Below, in pieces: positions 26,801-34,983 of a DNA stretch of 64,000 bases. The stretch comes from Saprospiraceae bacterium. Lineage in GTDB: Bacteria > Bacteroidota > Bacteroidia > Chitinophagales > Saprospiraceae. Position numbers and translations under genes: made by a program. Under the pieces are notes generated by a model, which did no database searches, was not told the DNA's origin, and saw only the letters and a program-made list of their open reading frames with translations. The stretch spans positions 4,093 to 68,092 of the forward strand of contig JBMOJB010000003.1 of NCBI GenBank assembly GCA_049316985.1, given 5' to 3'. Position 1 is the first letter of the stretch. Each line of letters starts with the position of its first letter.

Positions 26801-27771
26801 GTTCCAGGTGTATTGTTGTTATTGTCGACATCGTCCTGCGCTAAAACATTATTTCCCCGTGTTGTAGTGTAAGCCGTCGTACCGTCATGGTGCCAACCGT
26901 TGGTAGTCCCAGGGCCGGTTGCTGGAGGCAAGAAAGTTGTATATGGTGAGGTGACAATCGTTCGCGGACCGAAAGTAGGAGCTTCTAATGGCAAATTGAA
27001 TACATTATAGCTTTCTGCAGCGAAAGATAAAGAATTATTTTCTTTTTCAGCAGTTTGATGATGATGATGATGATGATGATGAGATCCAGGTTGGCTATCG
27101 AATTCGCAATGTGCGACCCAATTGTTTTTTTCTATGAATTCTCCTGTATTGGCATCAAAGCGAAGATTCCACCAATCTGAAGTTTCGGGTGTTTCAATGT
27201 TTACATTCCAAACTAATCTGACACTTTCACCATCTTCAGTAGGAAGCCAGTAGAGTTTGACTTTTATTTTTTCCTTACTTAATTCGCTGTCGTTGTAAAC
27301 TGCTTCTTCTATCTGCCCATTTTTAAGCAGGGTAGTGCTAATTAATTCTGTTTTAGTTAAATTTATTTCCAAATAGTTGGCTGCCAGTTTGAGCGCTCCT
27401 TCAGGGTTTATGGAGGCAATACCTTCGGGGTTCAGTTTGTCAATCTTTTGAAAAAATTGATTTTCAATATGTACAATAGACTTGTTTTTGACAACAATAT
27501 TTAAAAGTGCATTGTACACTTCGATACCCTTGAAGCGTTGATTGAAATAAGTGTGTATCCAACCGGTGCTGGGCGATCGATAAGAACTACTGAGCGTCAT
27601 TTCATCCAAGTCACGTGCACTCAGGTGTGGGACATTTTCAAATGTCCTTGCCGGTAATGACTTTAATTGCATTTTTAAAGTATCTGTTGCATTTTGAGAA
27701 ATTGCAATGTTCGACAACAGAAGCAAAGCAGTAGAGAATAAAACTGCATTTAATTGGGTGCACATCTTCAT
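23806..27771 (-). CDS. M36 (fungalysin-like) secreted metalloprotease with a PA-domain insert, a jelly-roll-like domain and a dockerin-like C-terminal repeat pair
   Basis: 1321-aa ORF with a signal peptide and an N-terminal propeptide-like region. It carries a His8 run. PA-like block: GKIAVIDRGG...NAQNAGAIAVLVVNN. Catalytic block: ISHEFGHGWSIRLTGG with GEGWADY. The C-terminus lacks a PNP-type T9SS CTD. Confidence 0.85.
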   Translation of the reverse strand: MKMCTQLNAVLFSTALLLLSNIAISQNATDTLKMQLKSLPARTFENVPHLSARDLDEMTLSSSYRSPSTGWIHTYFNQRFKGIEVYNALLNIVVKNKSIVHIENQFFQKIDKLNPEGIASINPEGALKLAANYLEINLTKTELISTTLLKNGQIEEAVYNDSELSKEKIKVKLYWLPTEDGESVRLVWNVNIETPETSDWWNLRFDANTGEFIEKNNWVAHCEFDSQPGSHHHHHHHHQTAEKENNSLSFAAESYNVFNLPLEAPTFGPRTIVTSPYTTFLPPATGPGTTNGWHHDGTTAYTTTRGNNVLAQDDVDNNNNTPGTMPSSATLEFDYPYTFGPNTAVGNRLAAITNLFYWNNVIHDVLYKFGFDEPSGNFQANNMNRGGLGNDYVFADAQDGGGTNNANFSTPVDGGNGRMQMYLWTGSSSSNMTVNSPASIAGTYTTYESAFSTNNKLTSSLTGNLIIVDDAGAATTALGCVPFDNAAAIVGKIAVIDRGGSTTTCNTTSFVAKVKNAQNAGAIAVLVVNNVSTTPIAMGGTDNTITIPAFMISLANGNTIKAQLNAAQTVNVTLNPAGGYQPDGDFDNGIISHEFGHGWSIRLTGGPANSGCLGNAEQGGEGWADYLGLMLTTNWTNQTPTLASANVARGIGTYAIAQPTTGGGIRPFPYSYNKTGINNNVTYAGVGNTSTFSQPHGIGSIWCTMLWDMTWEIIFQDNQIVADIYNTSNFVGNIAALKLVNEGLRLQKCSPSFVDARNAILQADQLLFNGKYKCSIWKAFARRGLGANASTGASSGDRTVTEDYSMPAGVEIKKDVAPLLAPSGGTVTFTLTATCGCSNTTSTISDPLPLNITYVQGSANNGGILSGNTVTWSNQSFLANEVKTYTFQAEIASNSYAAPTTPLNDDFDGSTPAGNWVTAVTTGTNNFSNSSSFVNSGATSKFAPTSSVVTDFNLRNSIPYTLTGKGILSFWHRYNTEDGYDGGTVEISTNSGSSWTDLGPDFILNGYSGFFSGNSNGWIQSQIDLSAYMGSTVLIRFRMITDAGVDCTGGNCGWYIDDVNLVIKSAIRNTASTSSGSTDDAVVEITNIVNPKVQAKVYLNNYSTLTGLMSADLKDLFNFPLTDPYSNAPYSSAFVHVNSGPAATVSPFVLSQTGNNAIVDWIFLELRTGISGSTSVAYTRAALLQQDGDIVDIDGVSPVTFTNAPAGNYFIAVRHRNHLGFRTLGQIALSNSTSLLDFTNNSIALNGLYPTNPISANISTMNGGDADYDGSVDSIDSVTWENQNGLFDDYMLNSDYTLDASADSVDSVIWETNNGKYQELD
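27058..27081 (-). repeat. (CAT)8 trinucleotide microsatellite encoding His8 inside the M36 gene
   Basis: The plus strand reads ATG x8 at 27058-27081. On the coding strand this is CAT x8, giving GSHHHHHHHHQT. Confidence 0.95.
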
Positions 27772-27873
27772 TAGAAAAATTATTTATGGGTATATCTGCG
27801 GTAAATTTACAAAAAAAATGAATTGCTAATGTCAATATTTCCTCATTTTATCTTTAATTTATCAAAAGTTACT

Positions 27874-27881
27874 TACTTTTG
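27874..27881 (+). promoter_or_regulatory. -7 box TACTTTTG for feoAB
   Basis: Exact TAnnTTTG 32 nt upstream of 27913. Confidence 0.45.
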
Positions 27882-27912
27882 CATTATCTGTAATAATTCT
27901 AAATAAGATTTT

Positions 27913-28131
27913 ATGTCACTAGCTATTCAACTTGTTCCGGGTGAACATGCAATGATTGTTCGATACAGTGATGAAAAAGTGGCCGGTAAACTTATAAGCA
28001 TGGGCATGATGCCTGGGAGCCAATTGATGATGATCCGCAAAGCTCCTTTTGGAGGAGGATATTATGTGAGAATTGACGGTATAAATGTTGCATTAAGAGA
28101 AAACGAAATGAAAAGTATAGTTGTCGGATAG
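27913..28131 (+). CDS. feoA: Ferrous iron transport protein A
   Basis: 72-aa ORF of the SH3-like FeoA type (KLISMGMMPGSQLMMIRKAPFGG). Its TAG stop overlaps the GTG start of feoB by 1 nt. Confidence 0.85.
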   Translation: MSLAIQLVPGEHAMIVRYSDEKVAGKLISMGMMPGSQLMMIRKAPFGGGYYVRIDGINVALRENEMKSIVVG

Positions 28132-30248
28132 TGGAAAAGAAATATAGAATCGCACTCATCGGCAATCCAAATGCCGGCAAATCATCAATTTTCAATCAAT
28201 TGACAGGTTTGCGCCAGAAAGTGGCCAATTTTCCGGGGGTTACAGTTGATAAAAAAATTGGTAAGTTAATATTGGGTCAGGGAAAAGAATTTGACTTGAT
28301 TGATTTTCCGGGAACTTACAGTTTATATCCAACTACCAGCGATGAAAAAGTAGTTGCAGCCATTTTGTCTAATTGTGGGGATGAAGATTTTCCCGATGCG
28401 ATTATTTACATAGCAGACGCAACCAATATTGAAAAGCACCTTTTACTGCTTACCCAACTGAAAGATTTGAATTTGCCTATTATTTTTGTTTTAAACATGA
28501 TCGATCTTTCTCAAAAGCAGCAGATCTATTATGATTATCAAAAACTAAGCGATGATTTTTCTGTACCGGTTGTTCCCGTAAGTGGTAAATTTGGTTTAAA
28601 TATCAATCTATTAAAGGACGAAATTTCAAAGTTAAATTTTTCTAAACAATCAGAGGCAAAGAAACCTTTTTATACGCTTAGCAATACAGAATTGGCGCTT
28701 ACCAGGGTAGTAACTGCTGCTGTTTCCGTCCAGTCAACATACCAGGCTTTGTTGATTGCGCATCATTATCAATGGCTTCCTTTTTTGAATAATTCGCAAA
28801 AGAAATCCATCGAACAGGCAGTTCAAAGTGAGAATTTTCGGAGTATCGTCAATCAGATAGAAGAGACCATGAAACGCTATGACAAGTTTCAGGTGATGCT
28901 AAAGAAGGCTTTTATCCGTCCGATAGCTGATTCTCATCCCTTGACCGAGCGGATTGATGCCATTTTGACCCATCGTTTTTTGGGCCCGGTAATTTTCTTT
29001 TTGACGATGTTTCTGGTCTTTCAATCAATTTTTACTTTTGCCCAATATCCTATGGACTGGATAGATCAAGGGGTAGGATTTCTCAGCGATTTAATTAAAA
29101 CCAATTTGCCGGATGGATGGTTTTCCAGCTTACTGGCAGATGGTTTGCTGGCTGGTCTGGGTGGAATTGTCGTTTTCGTGCCTCAGATAGGTATTCTTTT
29201 CTTTTTGCTTACTTTGCTGGAAGAAACCGGTTATATGGCGAGAGTTGTGTATATGTTTGATCATTTGATGCAAAAATTTGGTTTGAATGGTAGAAGTCTA
29301 ATTGCAATGGTTTCAGGTGGTGCATGTGCCATTCCTGCAATTATGTCGACCCGAACCATCGAAAACCGAAAAGAAAGATTAATAACGATATTAGTTACAC
29401 CGTTGATTAGTTGTTCTGCAAGAATTCCGGTATTTGCGGTGTTGGTTGCATTTGTAGTTCCAACAGATTTGTATTGGCTGGGATTCAAAGCCCAGGGTTG
29501 GATTTTTACCGGACTTTATTTATTGGGGATAGTATCCTCGCTTTTACTTGCGATATTATTGAAGTTATTCATAAGAACCAAAGAGACTTCTTCTTTGATG
29601 ATGGAATTGCCTGACTACCGATTGCCGATTTTGAGAAATTCCCTGCTGATGGTTCGGGAAAAGGTGATGACATTTGTAGTTGAAGCCGGTAAAGTAATCC
29701 TGGCGATTTCTTTGGTTTTATGGCTTTTGTCGAGTTTCGGTCCCACAGGTTCCATGCAAAATGCAGAATTAAGTGCGATTTCCAAAGCTCAATTGATGCA
29801 AATGGATACTACTGAAACCAAGGATTTTATTGCTTCGCAAAAGATTGAAGCTTCATTTGCCGGGATCATGGGTAAATGGATTGAGCCGGCCATCAAGCCT
29901 TTGGGATTTGATTGGAAAATCGGAATTGCGTTGATTACATCTTTTGCAGCTCGGGAAGTATTTGTAGGTACGATGGCTACCATTTATAGTATTGGAAGTG
30001 CAGGAGACAATCAAGATTCATTGCACCTAAAAATGCAAAAAGAATTATGGCCCGACGGTACACCCATTTATTCTGCTGCCACTGCTATTTCTTTGTTGGT
30101 TTTCTATGTTTTTGCCATGCAATGTATGAGCACGATGGCAGTCGTGCGAAGGGAGACTAAATCCTGGAAGTGGGCAATTTTTCAATTTGTGATCATGGGA
30201 ATTATGGCCTATGTGGGTAGTTTAATTTGTTTTCAGCTATTGAAATAG
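28131..30248 (+). CDS. feoB: Ferrous iron transporter B (GTPase + permease)
   Basis: 705-aa ORF with a GTG start. G1 motif GNPNAGKSSIFNQLTG, G3 motif DFPGTYSL, NMID, then a polytopic membrane domain. Confidence 0.95.
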   Translation: MEKKYRIALIGNPNAGKSSIFNQLTGLRQKVANFPGVTVDKKIGKLILGQGKEFDLIDFPGTYSLYPTTSDEKVVAAILSNCGDEDFPDAIIYIADATNIEKHLLLLTQLKDLNLPIIFVLNMIDLSQKQQIYYDYQKLSDDFSVPVVPVSGKFGLNINLLKDEISKLNFSKQSEAKKPFYTLSNTELALTRVVTAAVSVQSTYQALLIAHHYQWLPFLNNSQKKSIEQAVQSENFRSIVNQIEETMKRYDKFQVMLKKAFIRPIADSHPLTERIDAILTHRFLGPVIFFLTMFLVFQSIFTFAQYPMDWIDQGVGFLSDLIKTNLPDGWFSSLLADGLLAGLGGIVVFVPQIGILFFLLTLLEETGYMARVVYMFDHLMQKFGLNGRSLIAMVSGGACAIPAIMSTRTIENRKERLITILVTPLISCSARIPVFAVLVAFVVPTDLYWLGFKAQGWIFTGLYLLGIVSSLLLAILLKLFIRTKETSSLMMELPDYRLPILRNSLLMVREKVMTFVVEAGKVILAISLVLWLLSSFGPTGSMQNAELSAISKAQLMQMDTTETKDFIASQKIEASFAGIMGKWIEPAIKPLGFDWKIGIALITSFAAREVFVGTMATIYSIGSAGDNQDSLHLKMQKELWPDGTPIYSAATAISLLVFYVFAMQCMSTMAVVRRETKSWKWAIFQFVIMGIMAYVGSLICFQLLK

Positions 30249-30356
30249 CAGTTTGGTCTATTTTTTGAAAGCAAGCATTCGTGCCAGAAAACATTTTTTT
30301 TATCTTCGCCCAATAAAACACAAGTTTATTTTTAACTAACTTTTAACAAATAATTT

Positions 30357-31001
30357 ATGAAAAAAATCACAATGATTTTTGTTGTTGCCGTGTTTGGAAT
30401 TTCATCGATTCAAGCACAAAGTGAAAATTTTAAAAATGTCGTTTCATTAACAGCTGGTTACAGCTTATTTAATGTATTAGGTAAAGGTGCCAGTCAAGAT
30501 GTAGCACAGGGAGCCACCTACAATGCTTCACCAACTTTGCAAGCAAGCTATGATTATGGATTTGGTAATGTGTTTAGTCTTGGAGGAGCAGTATCCTTTA
30601 ATGAAGCAAAAACTCAAGCTACGAATTATGAATGGACTGATGCCGCGGGAAATTTGACTTACGGAGATTATGATGTTAAGGTTGCAAGAACTACTATTGG
30701 GTTAAGGGCGTTGTTTCACTATGGCAATAAAGGCAGATTGGATATGTATTCGGGTGTTCGCTTAGGTGTTGGTATCTGGAGCTTAAAATATTCTTCCACC
30801 AATCCATCGTTCGATCCTGATAATGAAATTAAGGGGCTTAGGGGAAGTGGTGCTCTTCCGCAATTCCAAATCATCCCTTTTGCATTGAGAGGATACATTA
30901 CAGACAACATTGGTCTTGGATTTGAAACGGCCATTGGTAGTCCTTATATGGCAAGTCTTTCTTTGAATTATCGTTTTGGTGCAGGAGCTCCCAAGAAGTA
31001 A
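30357..31001 (+). CDS. Small outer-membrane beta-barrel protein
   Basis: 214-aa ORF with a signal peptide (SSIQAQS) and alternating G/Y/S/L beta-strand pattern. Confidence 0.7.
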   Translation: MKKITMIFVVAVFGISSIQAQSENFKNVVSLTAGYSLFNVLGKGASQDVAQGATYNASPTLQASYDYGFGNVFSLGGAVSFNEAKTQATNYEWTDAAGNLTYGDYDVKVARTTIGLRALFHYGNKGRLDMYSGVRLGVGIWSLKYSSTNPSFDPDNEIKGLRGSGALPQFQIIPFALRGYITDNIGLGFETAIGSPYMASLSLNYRFGAGAPKK

Positions 31002-31023
31002 TTTCTGAGAAACTTTAAATTAC

Positions 31024-31063
31024 AATCCCGTACAACTTTTAAAAATTGTACGGGATTTTTTAT
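31024..31063 (+). terminator. Intrinsic terminator between convergent genes (may act in both directions)
   Basis: Perfect 12-bp stem aatcccgtacaa (31024-31035) / ttgtacgggatt (31046-31057) followed by a T-run. Confidence 0.65.
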
Positions 31064-31443
31064 TGAAAAGTATATACATAATTGGCTCCAAAATTCCAAA
31101 CCATTACTATGAAGGTAGCCAGCAATTTGGAAAAGTAAAAATTGAAACCAAATTTTTTGTCGAATAAGTAAATGAAGTAATTGTTCAAACCCATTCCAAT
31201 CAAACCGATTGCAACGAATTTGATGTACTGCGAGCTGACATCACCGTTGCTTTGAAAAGTAAATATTCGGTTGAAAATGTAGTTTGTGCTGACTGCAATC
31301 ATGAAACCACAGCTGTTTGCAAAATATTTATTTAATTTTCCTTTTTCCTTTAGCAAATAGGTGACTCCAAAATCAACAGCAGTTCCGGATACTCCAACAA
31401 TACCGAATTTGAAAAATTTAAAAAACAGGTCGTAGTAATTCAT
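31060..31443 (-). CDS. GtrA-family membrane protein
   Basis: 127-aa ORF with four predicted TM helices. The N-terminal block FFKFGIVGVSGTAVDFGVTYLL is typical of GtrA-like proteins. Confidence 0.75.
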   Translation of the reverse strand: MNYYDLFFKFFKFGIVGVSGTAVDFGVTYLLKEKGKLNKYFANSCGFMIAVSTNYIFNRIFTFQSNGDVSSQYIKFVAIGLIGMGLNNYFIYLFDKKFGFNFYFSKLLATFIVMVWNFGANYVYTFQ

Positions 31444-31480
31444 ATTTAATGTAATATCTCCGGTTCATGGAAATCGGCCG

Positions 31481-31488
31481 CAAAAATA
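31481..31488 (-). promoter_or_regulatory. -7 box TATTTTTG for the GtrA-like gene
   Basis: Exact TAnnTTTG on the minus strand, 38 nt upstream of 31443. Confidence 0.45.
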
Positions 31489-31525
31489 CAATAATTGCTA
31501 CAATGTCATAAAGTTTTCTGTAATT

Positions 31526-32761
31526 TTAGAATGTAATATCAAAAGTCAGACTTTCTTCTCCTCTCTTGATAAGTACTTTAGTTTGATCGCCTTTTTTATA
31601 TTTTCCCAGAGATTTCATGTACCCCATCACATCTTTGACATTGTCGTCTCCTAGTTTGAGTACAACATCTCCCTTTTTTATTCCTGCTTTTGAAGCGGGT
31701 TTACCATCAGTGACGCCATCAATACGCATACCTTCACCTTCAAAAACATAGTCTGGCATTACCCCCATCGTAACTTTAAATCCACCCGATTTTTGTTGAT
31801 TATTTTTGGTCTCCTGAAACACTTGTTTGCTTTTGGAATCGATTCCGTTGATTAGTTTGATAAGGTATTCCAGGACCATTTGTTCTCCATCGTAATTGAT
31901 CTTGTCTGCATCGTCGCTTGCCTTGTGATAATCTTCGTGCTGACCGGTAAATGCAAACAACACCGGAATATTCTGTAGGTAGAAGGAAGTATGGTCTGAG
32001 GCATCCATTCCAGAACTATCCTGTTTTACCCTAATTTCATCTTTTATGGAATTGACCAAAGGAACAAAATCAGGTGATGATCCCACACCACCTAGTTTAA
32101 GTGCTTTTTCTGCATTTAATCGGCCAATCATATCCATATTAAGCATGTAATTTACAGTCTTAAGATCGATTGTTGGTCTTTCGCAGAATTTTTTAGAACC
32201 AACCAGACCTAACTCTTCACCGGAAAAGTGCAGGAAAAGATAGTTGTATTGTTCTTTTATACCGTTTTCTTTGTAATATCTGGCCAGTTCCATGACTCCG
32301 GCTGTGCCGGATGCATTGTCATCTGCTCCATTATGGATCAGACCACTGGGGTTTGCTTCGCGGGAATTGTGGTCGTTACCCAGTCCCAAGTGGTCATAGT
32401 GTGCACCGATTACCACGGTGTAAGCCGCTCCATTATCCAGATATGCAGCCACATTTTTACTTTTTTCAATCTTGCCGGCGTGATCAACTGAACCATGTGG
32501 GTCTTTGCTTCTTTTGAAAGTGAAATTATGGTAAAAAGTGCCATCATCTCCTTTTGGAGCCAAACCAATATTCCGATAGTACTTTGCGATGTACTTTGCA
32601 GCTTTTCGTTCACCCTTACTGGCTGTACCTCGACCTTTCAATTTATCCGATGAAAAATATCCAATATGCTTTTCCAACCTATTTTTTTGAATAGCATTTT
32701 GTGAACCAGCAATTTGAACCGCAAGGAGAAGTCCGAGCATTGCATATATTAACTTTTTCAT
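31526..32761 (-). CDS. M28-family aminopeptidase with a C-terminal PDZ domain
   Basis: 411-aa ORF with a signal peptide. Metal-ligand blocks: GAHYDHLG, NGADDNASGTAG, FSGEELGLVGS. PDZ-like block: GKPASKAGIKKGDVVLKLGD. Confidence 0.85.
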   Translation of the reverse strand: MKKLIYAMLGLLLAVQIAGSQNAIQKNRLEKHIGYFSSDKLKGRGTASKGERKAAKYIAKYYRNIGLAPKGDDGTFYHNFTFKRSKDPHGSVDHAGKIEKSKNVAAYLDNGAAYTVVIGAHYDHLGLGNDHNSREANPSGLIHNGADDNASGTAGVMELARYYKENGIKEQYNYLFLHFSGEELGLVGSKKFCERPTIDLKTVNYMLNMDMIGRLNAEKALKLGGVGSSPDFVPLVNSIKDEIRVKQDSSGMDASDHTSFYLQNIPVLFAFTGQHEDYHKASDDADKINYDGEQMVLEYLIKLINGIDSKSKQVFQETKNNQQKSGGFKVTMGVMPDYVFEGEGMRIDGVTDGKPASKAGIKKGDVVLKLGDDNVKDVMGYMKSLGKYKKGDQTKVLIKRGEESLTFDITF

Positions 32762-32779
32762 ATTGTGTTTTTTGTAAGT

Positions 32780-33829
32780 TTATTTAATCCAATCTGCGAT
32801 GAACACATTGGTATCTCGGGTTCCATGATTGTTTCTATTTGAGCAAAAGACCAGTTTTTTACCGTCAGGAGAAAACATAGCAAAGGCGTTAAACATGCTC
32901 TCAAAGGTAATCTGTTCCAGGCCTGATCCGTCAGCGGAATTAACCATGTACAATTGAAAATCATATCCTTTTTTCGAATGGTGATTGGAGGAGAAAATAA
33001 TTTTTTTGCCATCGGGGCTAAAAAATGGTGCCCAATTGGCTTTTCCAAGTTTAGTGATTTGTTTTAAATCTGAACCGTCAGTGTTTACAGTGTAAATCTC
33101 CATATTAGATGGAGTGACTAAACCCTCTTTCAACAGTGCTTTGTAATCTGCGGCTTCGGCTTCATTAGAAGGCCGAGAAGCCCTAAAAACTAATTTTTTC
33201 CCATCAGGAGAAAAGAAGGCTCCCCCGTCATAACCCAATCCATTGGTTATCTGGCGCTTGTTCGAGCCATCAATGTTTATAATCCACAATTCAAGATCAC
33301 CTGATTCGTCTGAAGTATAGACTATTTTGTCTCCTGACGGTGATACAGTTGCTTCCGCCTGGTAGCCTTTTCCGCCGGCAATTTTCTTCTTGATTTTGCC
33401 TTTTGTATTGGCTGTGTAAATGTCATAATCATAAATATTCCAAGTGTACTTTCCGGTCTTGGTGACAACTTCAGGACAGGACTCCCCATGCTCGTGAGTC
33501 GAACCATAGACGATAGTTTTGTCGCCTTTCAAAAAATAAGAGCATGTTGTTCTTCCTTTTCCTGTAGAAACCTTCTTGGGCATATAGTTGGAATCCTTCA
33601 CAGCGGCCTCAATATCCATAATGAAAATCTGATCGCAAGAAAGTCCCCAATTTTTGTTATTACTTTGAAAGATGAGTTTTTTGTTGTCAAAACTGAAGTA
33701 AGCTTCGGCATTGTCTCCTCCGTGTGTCAACTGTCTGAGATTGGCCAAGTGTATTTCCTTATTCTGAGAAAATAGAGACAAACTGCTAGTAATCAATAAA
33801 ATAGAAAACATTGTGATTTTCATCCACAT
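32780..33829 (-). CDS. TolB-like PD40/WD40-like beta-propeller protein
   Basis: 349-aa ORF with a signal peptide. FSPDGKK(L/I)(V/I)F-type PD40 repeats occur four times (plus VSPSGDKIVY). It lies 18 nt upstream of the M28 gene, so an operon is likely. Confidence 0.8.
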   Translation of the reverse strand: MWMKITMFSILLITSSLSLFSQNKEIHLANLRQLTHGGDNAEAYFSFDNKKLIFQSNNKNWGLSCDQIFIMDIEAAVKDSNYMPKKVSTGKGRTTCSYFLKGDKTIVYGSTHEHGESCPEVVTKTGKYTWNIYDYDIYTANTKGKIKKKIAGGKGYQAEATVSPSGDKIVYTSDESGDLELWIINIDGSNKRQITNGLGYDGGAFFSPDGKKLVFRASRPSNEAEAADYKALLKEGLVTPSNMEIYTVNTDGSDLKQITKLGKANWAPFFSPDGKKIIFSSNHHSKKGYDFQLYMVNSADGSGLEQITFESMFNAFAMFSPDGKKLVFCSNRNNHGTRDTNVFIADWIK

Positions 33830-33968
33830 ATCCTTTTAATTTTTTGTGCAATGATAAGATGAAAATATGAATGTTGAGGTCAGAACGATGTAAAATTTAA
33901 ATTTGGACATGAATGCTAAGATTATCTGTGAAAAGAATAATCGATTTCTTAAAGGAAAAAAAATGTGT

Positions 33969-33976
33969 TACTTTTG
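33969..33976 (+). promoter_or_regulatory. -7 box TACTTTTG
   Basis: Exact TAnnTTTG located inside the long ORF-track model and 26 nt before ATG 34002. This supports the shorter start. Confidence 0.45.
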
Positions 33977-34001
33977 TGTTTATACATACAAACCATTAGT
34001 A

Positions 34002-34715
34002 ATGTTAGACCTTAGAAATTTAATTGTAATATACGAAGATAATCACCTCATTGCCGTGAACAAGCTTTCCGGATTATTAGTGCACGGCGATGAAACCGGT
34101 GATATTACGCTTGGAGAATTGGTAAAAGAGTACATCAGACGAAGGTATGATAAACCCGGAGATGTATTTCTCGGTACCATTCACCGCATCGACCGCCCAA
34201 CCAGTGGGACTGTCGTTTTTGCCCGAACGAGCAAAGCTCTAGAACGCATGAATAAAATGTTTGCCGAGCAAAAAGTTATCAAGACTTATTATGCGGTTAC
34301 CCGCACGCGCCCAAATCCACTAAGCGGCACCTTGAGCCATTGGCTGTTGAAAGATTCGGAAAAGAATATTACCAAAGCTTTTGATGCACCTAGTAACCGA
34401 AACAGGGGAGCCAAGGAAGCCAGTTTGGACTACGAGTTGGCTGGCGATATAGATAATCATTATTTACTGAAAGTAAATCCGCATACCGGTCGTCAACACC
34501 AGATTCGTTCACAACTCTTTAAAGCTGGTTATCCAATCTTAGGTGATTTGAAATATGGCTCTGAGCGACCACACCATGATGGAAAAAGTATCTACTTGCA
34601 CTGCTTTTCACTCGAGTTCGAGCATCCGGTTACAAAAGCACCCGTAAAGATTGAATCTCCATTTCCTGAAGGAGACCGCATTTGGCAAATGTTCGCGCAA
34701 CTAATTGAAAACTGA
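34002..34715 (+). CDS. RluA-family pseudouridine synthase
   Basis: The HRIDRPTSG catalytic motif and the QHQIRSQL block are present. I moved the start from 33903 to ATG 34002 (MLDLRNLIVIYEDNHLIAVNK), based on family N-termini and the promoter position. Confidence 0.85.
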   Translation: MLDLRNLIVIYEDNHLIAVNKLSGLLVHGDETGDITLGELVKEYIRRRYDKPGDVFLGTIHRIDRPTSGTVVFARTSKALERMNKMFAEQKVIKTYYAVTRTRPNPLSGTLSHWLLKDSEKNITKAFDAPSNRNRGAKEASLDYELAGDIDNHYLLKVNPHTGRQHQIRSQLFKAGYPILGDLKYGSERPHHDGKSIYLHCFSLEFEHPVTKAPVKIESPFPEGDRIWQMFAQLIEN

Positions 34716-34875
34716 CAAATAATTGAAAGTTGACAAATAATTGAAAATTGAAAATTGAAAGTTGAAAATGACTTTTTTGAATTGAAAATTAAAAATTGAA
34801 AGTTGAAAATGACTTTTTTGAATTGAAAATTGAAAATTGAAAGTTGAAAATGACTTTTTAAATTGAAAATTGAAA
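34703..34875. repeat. AT-rich tandem repeat array: 2 x 18 bp, then 3.4 x 41 bp
   Basis: aattgaaa(a/g)(c/t)tgacaaat occurs twice (34703-34738). The unit aattgaaaattgaaaattgaaagttgaaaatgacttttttg occupies 34739-34779, 34780-34820 and 34821-34860, with a partial copy at 34861-34875. The array begins 13 nt inside the RluA-family CDS. Confidence 0.95.
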
Positions 34876-34919
34876 CGTTCCTGTTAATTTCACTTTCTTA
34901 AATCTTACTATCGTTTCAG

Positions 34920-34983
34920 CAACTCAACATCTAAACAACTAAACATCTAAACAACTCAACATCTAAACAACTCAATCATCAAT
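34920..34983. repeat. 16-bp tandem repeat, about 4 copies, ending at the dnaG start codon
   Basis: The units are caactcaacatctaaa / caactaaacatctaaa / caactcaacatctaaa / caactcaatcatcaat. Confidence 0.95.

Noticed and set aside
27058-27081. His8 tract as an engineered affinity tag or vector contamination
   Set aside because: It is internal (about residue 230 of 1321) and flanked by native-looking coding sequence with no linker, protease-site or vector sequence.
32758-33048. 96-aa minus-strand ORF overlapping the 3' end of the PD40 beta-propeller gene
   Set aside because: It is in a different frame of the same strand as a repeat-containing real gene, and it has no independent support.
34703-34983. 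Possible CRISPR array
   Set aside because: The repeats are directly tandem with no unique spacers. The units are AT-rich, at 18, 41 and 16 bp, and no cas genes are in the window.
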